Below the pieces are notes generated by a model, which did no database searches, had not been told where the DNA came from, and saw nothing but the letters and a program-made list of their open reading frames with translations. Shown in pieces: positions 9,559-17,139 of a stretch of 64,000 nt of DNA (positions within the stretch are counted from its first letter, which is position 1; each line of letters starts with the position of its first letter). The DNA lies in IMG/VR virus record IMGVR_UViG_3300047402_000065, positions 7,196 to 71,195 of that record. One strand, 5' to 3'. The stretch comes from a virus. Lineage: Duplodnaviria; Caudoviricetes. The position numbers and the translations under genes were made by a program.

Positions 9559-10227
9559 ATGAAAATATTAAATTTATATAGCGGAGTAGGAGGCAATAGA
9601 AAATTGTGGGGTAACGACCATGATATTACGGCAGTAGAGTATAATGAAAATATTGCCAAAGTTTATAGAAATCAATTTCCAAATGACAAATTGATTATAG
9701 CAGACGCACACCAATATTTACTTGACCATTATTCAGAGTTTGATTTTATATGGAGTAGCCCACCTTGTCCAACACACTCAAAGATGTGCTTTGCTAAAAA
9801 ACAGAAAGAGTATATTGATTTTAAATTATACCAAGAAATTATATTACTGAAAAGTTGGTTTAAAGGTAAGTTTGTCGTTGAAAATGTGATACCTTATTAC
9901 GAACCGCTAATTAAACCAAATGTAATTTTAGGCAGACATCCATTTTGGACAAACTTTGAAGTAATAGAAAAGGAGTTTAAAAACATAGACATAAGCCGTT
10001 CTAATGCTAATGACTTATTGAGTGAACGAGGAATTGATATGAGTATCTTTGATTGTATAAAAGATGTTCCTGAAAATCGTTCAAAAGACAACAGATTTGA
10101 GAGGATGCAATTAGTTAGAAATATGGTTAATCCTGAAATCGGTTTACACATTTTAAATTGTGCGTTGGCAAAAAGTTTTAATAAAAAAGATTATGAGCAG
10201 AAAAGTTTATTCGGTGGACAAATGTAG
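9559..10227 (+). CDS. C5-cytosine DNA methyltransferase-like protein (cassette 2)
   Basis: ILNLYSGVGGN, WSSPPCPTHS, VVENV, GRHPFWTNF, RNMVNPEIG; AT-rich. Confidence 0.8.
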   Translation: MKILNLYSGVGGNRKLWGNDHDITAVEYNENIAKVYRNQFPNDKLIIADAHQYLLDHYSEFDFIWSSPPCPTHSKMCFAKKQKEYIDFKLYQEIILLKSWFKGKFVVENVIPYYEPLIKPNVILGRHPFWTNFEVIEKEFKNIDISRSNANDLLSERGIDMSIFDCIKDVPENRSKDNRFERMQLVRNMVNPEIGLHILNCALAKSFNKKDYEQKSLFGGQM

Positions 10228-10228
10228 C

Positions 10229-10319
10229 ATTACTGGTAACGGGTTGCAACTAACCGATGAGGGCATAACAAACTAAGTGCTTTCGCCCTTATTGGTTAAT
10301 TGCTGTTAGTTGCAGTACC
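10229..10319 (+). repeat. attC-like palindromic site 3
   Basis: ATTACTGGTAAC...GTTAGTTGCAGTACC; inner arms GCAACTAACCGATGAGGGC / GCCCTTATTGGTTAATTGC; left flank is a 21/22 direct repeat of the site 2 left flank (9375-9396 vs 10221-10242). Confidence 0.85.
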
Positions 10320-10345
10320 GATTTAATAACGATAAAATTAATTAT

Positions 10346-10792
10346 ATGAAAACATTTGTATTAACAGTATCAAAACAGTTTCCGAAAACTCATATTCGGG
10401 CAGGAGAAAGTACTCGTTTTGTGGAAAACATTAAAAGGCTTTTTACTAATGAATGTGAGAAGATACATACCATTAGAGCAAATTATGAGTTGTGGGAGAA
10501 ACGAGCAAAAGAGATTAACGAAGGTAAAGCTATTCTATCAATTAGATATTGGAGCGATAAACCATATAACTCAAAGCAAGTTGAAATTTGCAGACTTGAA
10601 AAAATTGGAATTGAAAAGTTAGAAGACCCGACAAACTTTGTTTATGCTCCAATAGGTGATAAAGCTATTAACTGGGAAACATTAGCAATAAATGACGGAT
10701 TAACATTCGAGGACTTTTGCGAGTGGTTTAAAGTCAGAAGTAAAAAGCCTATGGCAGTAATTCACTTCACGGATTTTAGGTATTGCAACTAA
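10346..10792 (+). CDS. hypothetical protein, possibly ASCH/PUA-like (cassette 3)
   Basis: 148 aa from ATG 10346; KIHTIRANY...LSIRYWSDKPY...NDGLTFEDFCEWF; stop TAA lies inside the AACTAAC box. Confidence 0.65.
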   Translation: MKTFVLTVSKQFPKTHIRAGESTRFVENIKRLFTNECEKIHTIRANYELWEKRAKEINEGKAILSIRYWSDKPYNSKQVEICRLEKIGIEKLEDPTNFVYAPIGDKAINWETLAINDGLTFEDFCEWFKVRSKKPMAVIHFTDFRYCN

Positions 10793-10793
10793 C
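10779..10793 (+). repeat. attC-like left half-site 4 (right arm not found)
   Basis: GGTATTGCAACTAAC is the reverse complement (14/15) of the cassette 3 start GTTAGTTGCAGTACC (10305-10319). Confidence 0.7.
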
Positions 10794-10825
10794 TACCGGA
10801 TAAGCGCAACAAATGTAGGACGAAA

Positions 10826-11002
10826 ATGAGCAAACTAATTCATATCTACCGAATTAGAATTTCCGATTCAGACAAGGAAATGATAAGTGAATTAAAGCGA
10901 CATCAAATCAATCCTCAGAGGTTCATTCGATCTGCATTCAAAGAAAAATACGCATCGACAAAGATGCCTGATTTAACACCAAGAGAAAAACTACCATTCT
11001 GA
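10826..11002 (+). CDS. 58-aa small protein, ribbon-helix-helix-like (not in ORF track)
   Basis: Read by hand: MSKLIHIYRIRISDSDKEMISELKRHQINPQRFIRSAFKEKYASTKMPDLTPREKLPF; TGA overlaps ATG of next gene. Confidence 0.6.
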   Translation: MSKLIHIYRIRISDSDKEMISELKRHQINPQRFIRSAFKEKYASTKMPDLTPREKLPF

Positions 11003-11358
11003 TGAAACAACAACTATCGCCCGTAGGATCGCATGTAGATATTGCTCCAATGTCCGTCAACAAGTGTTGGCAGGGGCAACGATTCAAAACAAAAGGGTAT
11101 AGACAATACGAGATGGCTGTGATGCTGCGTCTTCCAAAATTGACACTACCCGCACCTCCCTACAAGATCACGCTTGAGTTCGGTGTGAGCAGTAAGCTGG
11201 CAGATTGGGACAACCCCGTAAAACCATTCCAGGACATCCTGCAGAAGAAGTATAAGTTCAATGACAAGGACATCTATGAGGCGGTGATACGTAAGTACGA
11301 TGTAGAAAAGGGGAAGGAATATATCTCTTTTATCATCGAAACGCTTGTCCGTGAATAG
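11002..11358 (+). CDS. RusA-like Holliday junction resolvase
   Basis: PMSVNKCW, ADWDNPVKPFQDILQ, FNDKDI, V+K...E motifs of the RusA family. Confidence 0.75.
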   Translation: MKQQLSPVGSHVDIAPMSVNKCWQGQRFKTKGYRQYEMAVMLRLPKLTLPAPPYKITLEFGVSSKLADWDNPVKPFQDILQKKYKFNDKDIYEAVIRKYDVEKGKEYISFIIETLVRE

Positions 11359-11378
11359 GTAAGTGCGTATATTCGCCC

Positions 11379-11744
11379 ATGTTTCTCACGGTACAAGAGG
11401 TAAATAAGAACGAGGACGGCATCATGGCTGTCCGCACCAACTCCATCATCGTTGAGAACATCGTCAAATACCGCGAGTTCCGCAAAGGACCACTCCATAC
11501 GGATATCGAGGGTAAGCTAACCAAGGTGGATATGGTACGGAATGATGGCTTTGAATACTTTCATGTCATCGCCGAAGATCCTTTTCACTTCGAGAACAGG
11601 GTAAACAAGGTAAAATGGCTTCTTCAGAACAGCAATGTCCGGTATGTGGATCCCTCGGAGATGATATCCTCTACTCCAGAGCCATCCGCACAGCCTTCAG
11701 AGAACAGTGCGCCAAGCGCGGAGTCTCAGAGCGAGACGTCATAA
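11379..11744 (+). CDS. hypothetical protein
   Basis: 121 aa ORF in operon; low-complexity C-terminus. Confidence 0.55.
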   Translation: MFLTVQEVNKNEDGIMAVRTNSIIVENIVKYREFRKGPLHTDIEGKLTKVDMVRNDGFEYFHVIAEDPFHFENRVNKVKWLLQNSNVRYVDPSEMISSTPEPSAQPSENSAPSAESQSETS

Positions 11745-11926
11745 AGATCGCCGGCCTTAGCGAAGAGTGGTATACCCGCTGGATGCTCGGCGACCCCCGC
11801 AAGAAATACCGGGAACGTAACAAGCTCGAGGTATATGCTGCCGTCAAGGAAGCCCTACGCATGGTAGGCATAGAACTTAAAGTAACAATGGTCATCAAGG
11901 ATGAAAGCTCAAGGAACACTGCTTAA
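11615..11926 (+). CDS. putative Cro/CI-like HTH protein (start uncertain, overlaps upstream gene)
   Basis: RGVSERDVIKIAGLSEEWYTRW helix-turn-helix pattern; fills the gap between 11744 and 11901. Confidence 0.45.
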   Translation: MASSEQQCPVCGSLGDDILYSRAIRTAFREQCAKRGVSERDVIKIAGLSEEWYTRWMLGDPRKKYRERNKLEVYAAVKEALRMVGIELKVTMVIKDESSRNTA

Positions 11927-12188
11927 AAAGCCACTGGAAGAAGAGATGCGCCCCCTCATAGCCCGAATGCTCGGGATGATGGACTACGCCATCAAAGCTG
12001 ACAAGGTGAATAGCAAGAAGGCCTGTGACGACCTCATCGCCGAGCTGAACGCATCGAAGAGGGATATCGACCTTATGATCCGGCGCTGCCGTAACAAGCA
12101 GTGGGACCTGGACAAGGCCGCCGCCTATGCCAAGCGAGGGGTAGGCCCCGACCAGGACGAGGCGGTGCACAATGAAGTAGATCACTAA
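11901..12188 (+). CDS. hypothetical protein
   Basis: 95 aa helical ORF in operon. Confidence 0.55.
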   Translation: MKAQGTLLKKPLEEEMRPLIARMLGMMDYAIKADKVNSKKACDDLIAELNASKRDIDLMIRRCRNKQWDLDKAAAYAKRGVGPDQDEAVHNEVDH

Positions 12189-12219
12189 TCAATCAATAAA
12201 CAACCAAAAACAGGTACCA

Positions 12220-12549
12220 ATGGTAGAACCAGGTAAACAAAGTGTCAGAGCTGACGCCATGCGCCGCAGCCTGAATGATATGCGAGACCAGCATATCAAC
12301 ACCCTGCTCGACGAGCGACGGGTGATCCAGAGCAACCTCGCACAGAACGAGGTCGATCTCAAATTCATGGGCTTTGAGTGGCCCGAGGAAGACGATCTCA
12401 TAGAGCGTATCAAGAGACAGGTGGTCGACCTCTCTGAGATGTATCAGAAGGCCAGCAAGAGAGAGGCGGAGCTTCTCAAGGCAAACGAGTCCCTGGTCAA
12501 TCAGATCGAGGCGATGAAACAGAAACGTAAACCAATAAAAAAGAAATAA
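12220..12549 (+). CDS. hypothetical coiled-coil protein
   Basis: 109 aa, A-rich leader. Confidence 0.6.
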   Translation: MVEPGKQSVRADAMRRSLNDMRDQHINTLLDERRVIQSNLAQNEVDLKFMGFEWPEEDDLIERIKRQVVDLSEMYQKASKREAELLKANESLVNQIEAMKQKRKPIKKK

Positions 12550-12552
12550 CCT

Positions 12553-13212
12553 ATGGCACGTCAATCAATCGGAGGCAACTCCTTCGGAACAAAGTGGAAC
12601 CCGTCAGTAGATGGAGACGGAAACCCAAAAGACAAAGCGGATAAAGGCGACTTCGTACAGGGCTACCTGATCGAGCACGAAGAGAAGACCTTCGCGAATA
12701 ACAACAACCCCTCTCAGATATACACTATCGAGATCGCCCAGGACCCTAATGATGGCGAAGACTACAAAGGCTTCGGCACTGAAGGCGAGAAGATCTCCCT
12801 GTTCGGATGCGCTGTACTGGACAAGAAGATGGCTGAGGTCATGCAGAGCCGCGGACTTGGGGTATGGGTGCACGTAGAGTATAAGGGACGCGAGCTGAAG
12901 AAAGCCTGCAAGCAGATACTCGAGAAGAACCCTCGTAAGAAGTTCGAGAGCAAGGACTACGTGAAGCTCTTTGACGTGGCTACCGACACCGAGATCCCGT
13001 CCAAAGAAGGGTTCAGCAAGCCGGCCTACAAGCCCGTGGTGAACAACAGCGCACCCGCACCGGCAGAAGCTCTTCCGGACTCACTCGATGACGAGCCGGA
13101 ACTCCTGGAAGAGGAAAAGCCCAAAAGCAAGCCTGCTCCTGCAAAGAAGGCTCCTGCCAAAAGCAGCGACCTGGTGATGAATCAGGATGACGCAGAGGAT
13201 ATGCCATTCTAA
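12553..13212 (+). CDS. single-stranded DNA-binding protein (putative)
   Basis: OB-fold-like N-terminus, Pro/Ala/Lys linker, acidic tail DDAEDMPF resembling the bacterial SSB C-terminus. Confidence 0.65.
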   Translation: MARQSIGGNSFGTKWNPSVDGDGNPKDKADKGDFVQGYLIEHEEKTFANNNNPSQIYTIEIAQDPNDGEDYKGFGTEGEKISLFGCAVLDKKMAEVMQSRGLGVWVHVEYKGRELKKACKQILEKNPRKKFESKDYVKLFDVATDTEIPSKEGFSKPAYKPVVNNSAPAPAEALPDSLDDEPELLEEEKPKSKPAPAKKAPAKSSDLVMNQDDAEDMPF

Positions 13213-13238
13213 GTAAACGCAGGACCCTATGAATCGAG

Positions 13239-13266
13239 AAGGGCGGTAGTGATACCGCCCTTTTTT
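13239..13266 (+). terminator. intrinsic terminator between convergent arms
   Basis: AAGGGCGGTA-GTGA-TACCGCCCTT followed by a T run. Confidence 0.85.
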
Positions 13267-13495
13267 ATTCCTGCTCAGCTTCTTCCATTTCCTCGCCCGA
13301 TGCCTTGAATAGCTCTACGAGCCTGGCCACTGCCTTGGAGGCTTCGCTGGCCTTATAGACCTCCTCTTCGGTAGCATACTTGGCCGTGCGATCATACGTC
13401 CCCCGGCCTACATAGTAGCAACAGGTGTAACGGATCACGAACCCGTTCTCTACGGGTCGCATACTGATGGAGTCTGACTGTATCTCGTGTGCCAT
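13265..13495 (-). CDS. hypothetical protein
   Basis: 76 aa, last gene of minus-strand operon. Confidence 0.55.
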   Translation of the reverse strand: MAHEIQSDSISMRPVENGFVIRYTCCYYVGRGTYDRTAKYATEEEVYKASEASKAVARLVELFKASGEEMEEAEQE

Positions 13496-13497
13496 GA

Positions 13498-13833
13498 TTA
13501 TACAGGTATTGATGCCGCTACGGCGTTCTCAAAAGCTGTGCATGCCGCCTGATCGCCAGTCACCCATGTAGGATGAGTACCCTGATCGACATCCTGCAAC
13601 TCGAAAGAGAGCTCCTTGCCATCGTTCCATGTGATCACCGCCCATGTCTGGGTGGGGTATGGATAGGCGATGCCAGGATAGGCGTTGAATACAGCCTTCA
13701 CCCTTGTGATGGTCTTTTTCATGTGCCACTCTTCATTCTGGGTGTATCCCGAATTGGTGGCTGTCTTGAACATCGGATCTGCGTTTGTCAGCAGATTGAT
13801 GAACAGAACCGGACGTCCTGAGTTATATGCCAT
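13498..13833 (-). CDS. hypothetical protein, probably virion-associated
   Basis: 111 aa, tightly packed in structural operon. Confidence 0.55.
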   Translation of the reverse strand: MAYNSGRPVLFINLLTNADPMFKTATNSGYTQNEEWHMKKTITRVKAVFNAYPGIAYPYPTQTWAVITWNDGKELSFELQDVDQGTHPTWVTGDQAACTAFENAVAASIPV

Positions 13834-13840
13834 GGTCTTC

Positions 13841-15064
13841 TTATACTAAGGTGAATGTTTTCCACGCCCCACTGACGCGAATGAATACGTCGGTACCGTC
13901 GAAATAGATGTCTCCATCGCTAGGCAACGTAGGTGCTATCCCTGCCGTGATGTTTATTGATGCGTGGCCTGTAGTTCCGGCGGACAACTGAACAATAGCA
14001 TCATTCATGGTCAGCGTGCTGTACATGGTCGTGTTTGCGCCGGCCTTACCAAACTGGATGATAGAGGCGTTTGTTGTGAATGCAGACACTGTGCCGTTAG
14101 GCGTGTCGCAGTCAAACAATCCATTGTCGGTCATCAACACCATCGGGGTGTTCATCCAGAAGTAGATATCATGCCTGACCGCAGCATACCCCTCGCTCAG
14201 TGAGAAGGCCGGGTCATACCCTACGATTGACGTGATGTCAGCCTGCTTGCCTGCAATGAACCATGCCGGATGGTAACCTGTGATATCTGTGGTAGTGAAT
14301 GAATATGGGCTGTCGATAGTATAGCTTGACCAGTAGTAGGTATTTTTATGACCTATTCCTGCCCCATCTTTGGGTCCCCCATTTTTGCCGTATCCATATA
14401 TCCAGAACTCACCGAACTTTCCTCCGTCGGTCGTAACCTGGAAGAGATCACCTGTAGCTCCGAAAAGCATCTCGGTGCCGTCCACTGTAGGCGACTTGAA
14501 CTTGTCGCTGTTGCTCAGGATAGGATCAGTTCCGCCAGATGGATTGCCGTTCGCAAGAACCTGAGCCCATGTCAGTGCGCCACCACCACCGCCAGTAGGA
14601 AGTGAGGAGACGAGCGCTGACACACTCATGGCAACGTAGTACGTAACCAGCGTGGGGTTGCCCTGCTCGCGTACCGAGAAGTGGCACCCGCCACCATCAG
14701 CCTCGATAGGTCCGACAATGGACGGCAGGTAGAACATAAAGTCCTTGGCAGGAGAATATGTCACAGGATCCTTGGTGGCTCCGGAGAACTTCTTGTAAAC
14801 AGGAATGACAGCCAGATTGTAGTCCATCGCCGCGATAGCACTCAGGCTCTCTGTGACGGTCCACGCATCTGCATTCACATTGTCGCTCTGTGCCTTCTGG
14901 AAGTTGTCGGTGCTGCGCACGTGCACAACCACCGGCGACCCTCCGCCATCAGGCGTAGGACAGGTGATGTCGCTCACATCAATGGCGATCTCGCCGGAAT
15001 ATGTCTTGCCATTCTTGGCTGAAGCGGTCAGAAGAATAATATCTGCTACTGTTGCTGTTGGCAT
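13841..15064 (-). CDS. putative fibre/spike protein
   Basis: 407 aa, Gly/Thr-rich beta-strand composition; GGGGALTWAQVLANGN linker and GDIYFDGTDVFIRVSGAWK terminal motif seen in fibre proteins. Confidence 0.55.
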   Translation of the reverse strand: MPTATVADIILLTASAKNGKTYSGEIAIDVSDITCPTPDGGGSPVVVHVRSTDNFQKAQSDNVNADAWTVTESLSAIAAMDYNLAVIPVYKKFSGATKDPVTYSPAKDFMFYLPSIVGPIEADGGGCHFSVREQGNPTLVTYYVAMSVSALVSSLPTGGGGGALTWAQVLANGNPSGGTDPILSNSDKFKSPTVDGTEMLFGATGDLFQVTTDGGKFGEFWIYGYGKNGGPKDGAGIGHKNTYYWSSYTIDSPYSFTTTDITGYHPAWFIAGKQADITSIVGYDPAFSLSEGYAAVRHDIYFWMNTPMVLMTDNGLFDCDTPNGTVSAFTTNASIIQFGKAGANTTMYSTLTMNDAIVQLSAGTTGHASINITAGIAPTLPSDGDIYFDGTDVFIRVSGAWKTFTLV

Positions 15065-15069
15065 AGCGA

Positions 15070-15405
15070 TTACGGATTAAGAGCTCCTACTGAGTATGTT
15101 CCGGATGGAGTGGTCACCTGGAAGCCGGTCTGCAGTGCAGCCTGGTAGTTGGTGAAGTCCATAGTGCCGGACTGCATAGCGTTGTTGATAGCCGTAGTGA
15201 AGTTGCAGAGCAGATCACATACGCACTCATCAATGCCTTCTGGCGATTGATCAGCCACAACCACGTTGCCTGCATCGTCCTTGTACGAGAGCTTGTTGCT
15301 GTTCGTGGAATCAAAGAAGTAGCTGACATAGCCCGCAGTGGGAGTAGCCACGCTGCCGGGCGCTGATACAGGAATGCTGTTTGTATTGAGGATAGGAAGG
15401 TTCAT
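15070..15405 (-). CDS. hypothetical virion protein
   Basis: 111 aa; central CxC..C cluster. Confidence 0.55.
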   Translation of the reverse strand: MNLPILNTNSIPVSAPGSVATPTAGYVSYFFDSTNSNKLSYKDDAGNVVVADQSPEGIDECVCDLLCNFTTAINNAMQSGTMDFTNYQAALQTGFQVTTPSGTYSVGALNP

Positions 15406-15417
15406 CGCCTTATTTTT

Positions 15418-15747
15418 TTAGGATGGATTTACTTCGAGATATTCTGCCACTGTCACGAATCCGAGGAATACCCCGTTCACAACAAGCCTTACATATCCGG
15501 TCGGAGGCGGCGCCACCTTCAGGAAATACCCTTCGGCATCATTAGGGGTGAGGCATCCGATGACATGATCATCATTAGGGTCGCGAACCTCTACAAGTCC
15601 GGGAGGGCAGCAGCCGCAGCCATTATCCTTGCAATCGTCGCAATCATTACAGTCGCTGCAAGGATTCTCATCGTTGCAACCGGAGCATCCTTCATTCTTC
15701 TTGGCGTTGAAGTATGCGCTCTTAGCGGACCATTCTGTGAAAGCCAT
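15418..15747 (-). CDS. Cys-rich hypothetical protein
   Basis: GCSGCNDENPCSDCNDCDDCKDNGCGCCP. Confidence 0.6.
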   Translation of the reverse strand: MAFTEWSAKSAYFNAKKNEGCSGCNDENPCSDCNDCDDCKDNGCGCCPPGLVEVRDPNDDHVIGCLTPNDAEGYFLKVAPPPTGYVRLVVNGVFLGFVTVAEYLEVNPS

Positions 15748-15962
15748 CAGAGTATCTTTTTAAGGTTATCAATAGTGATCTTGACAAGCTCGCCGTTATT
15801 GACAGCGAACATATACGCCGAGCCAGGCAGCGTAGTGACAGTCGGAACACTCAGGATGTCCTGCGTAACAGCAGGCGTCTGTGGAGTGCAATAGTGGCAA
15901 TGGCCACATCCGCCGCATGGGTATGCGCCGGATTCAAGGACTACGCTCGGTTGTGTGCTCAT
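15747..15962 (-). CDS. Cys/His-rich small protein
   Basis: CGGCGHCHYC; stop/start overlap with next gene. Confidence 0.55.
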   Translation of the reverse strand: MSTQPSVVLESGAYPCGGCGHCHYCTPQTPAVTQDILSVPTVTTLPGSAYMFAVNNGELVKITIDNLKKIL

Positions 15963-15967
15963 CGTTT

Positions 15968-16336
15968 TTAGCAGTTACAGCTACATCCTCCGCATAAAGT
16001 TTGTATCTGAGAAAAGATACGCTCGACATCTCTTTGTGTTAAGCAATTATATCTATCCGGATCAACCTTTACTTTATGCGTTGGTGTGCTCAAATATAAA
16101 GCCTTTTGTCCTATCGACAAGTAGGCTCCATTATATTTTATGTATCCCTGTGGGAGGCATCTTACGTCACATGGGTTATACCTCTTCAACGCCTCGATGT
16201 AGCTCTCAGCCAACATCAGCTTGTTGAACATGTCTGGCGTCGCCTCGCCATGGTTCTTAGCCTCCACATAACAGACCGCCAGCTCAGAGACACAGCACTG
16301 AGCTTTCTTTAGTCTGCATGTAAAGTCATTTACCAT
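15968..16336 (-). CDS. Cys-rich hypothetical virion protein
   Basis: 122 aa ending LCGGCSCNC. Confidence 0.6.
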   Translation of the reverse strand: MVNDFTCRLKKAQCCVSELAVCYVEAKNHGEATPDMFNKLMLAESYIEALKRYNPCDVRCLPQGYIKYNGAYLSIGQKALYLSTPTHKVKVDPDRYNCLTQRDVERIFSQIQTLCGGCSCNC

Positions 16337-16339
16337 AGG

Positions 16340-17137
16340 TTACGCGCACTTCTGAATGAATACTACAGCCCAGTATGGAGGACGGTTCTCGTGAGCATCG
16401 CCTGATCCGGTATTCCCGATAGTCATGCCGGTTGTGCTAGATGCTGCAGTAGCACCCGTGAAGGCGCTGTCCACGCTGATGCCTGTGAAGGCGTCGTTAA
16501 CCGTTACTGCCGGGGTCTGCGAGTCGGTGGTGATAGTATGGTCGTGATCGCCATTGGCTGCCAGAGAATCCGCATCGCTTACTTCGGATGCTCCAGATGT
16601 TCCGTCAAGGTACAATCCCTGGTTATCCGACGACACAATACCATTCCCGGCATTGCTGGTAAGCACGTGAGTATGACTTCCGTCAGTAGATGTGGTTCCA
16701 TTGTGGCTGTGACCCACCTGGGTAGCCGAATGGTCATGACCTGCGTCAGTAACGGCATGCGTATGACCGGGGTCGGTCAGCGTGTGCGTATGGCCAGGGT
16801 CGGTCAAAGTATGCGTGTGCACAGGTATCTCAGCAGTAGTGAGCGTCACCGTGTTAGCACCACCGGTATCTCCCAGGTTATAGGAAAGCCCAGAGCCTAC
16901 CACGAACTTATCGCGCAGGTCGGTGGTCGTATACCCAAAGTGGGCAGCGCCATCAGCAAATGCCCAACCTATCCAGTCTCCGGTGCCATTACCATTGTTG
17001 TCGAACTGATCAATATCATCCTGATCGGTAAGGATAAGGATAGGATGACCCGACAGGAATGGTCCTATCTGGGTCTTGACAGTATTGAGAGAGTCCTGCA
17101 GGGCAGCGATCTCGAGTTGGCAGCAGCAGTTTCCCAT
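16340..17137 (-). CDS. tail collar domain / tail fibre tip protein with HxH repeats
   Basis: GWAFADG...DLRDKFVVG...TGGANTVTLT..IPVHTH collar motif; repeated HTH/HDH/HSH; HENRPPYWAVVFIQK terminus. Confidence 0.8.
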   Translation of the reverse strand: MGNCCCQLEIAALQDSLNTVKTQIGPFLSGHPILILTDQDDIDQFDNNGNGTGDWIGWAFADGAAHFGYTTTDLRDKFVVGSGLSYNLGDTGGANTVTLTTAEIPVHTHTLTDPGHTHTLTDPGHTHAVTDAGHDHSATQVGHSHNGTTSTDGSHTHVLTSNAGNGIVSSDNQGLYLDGTSGASEVSDADSLAANGDHDHTITTDSQTPAVTVNDAFTGISVDSAFTGATAASSTTGMTIGNTGSGDAHENRPPYWAVVFIQKCA

Positions 17138-17139
17138 GA

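Noticed and set aside
8539-10793. CRISPR array or plain terminators as explanation of the repeats
   Set aside because: Repeats are long, non-identical palindromes separated by whole genes; there are no U tracts, and cross-gene end complementarity is not explained by terminators.
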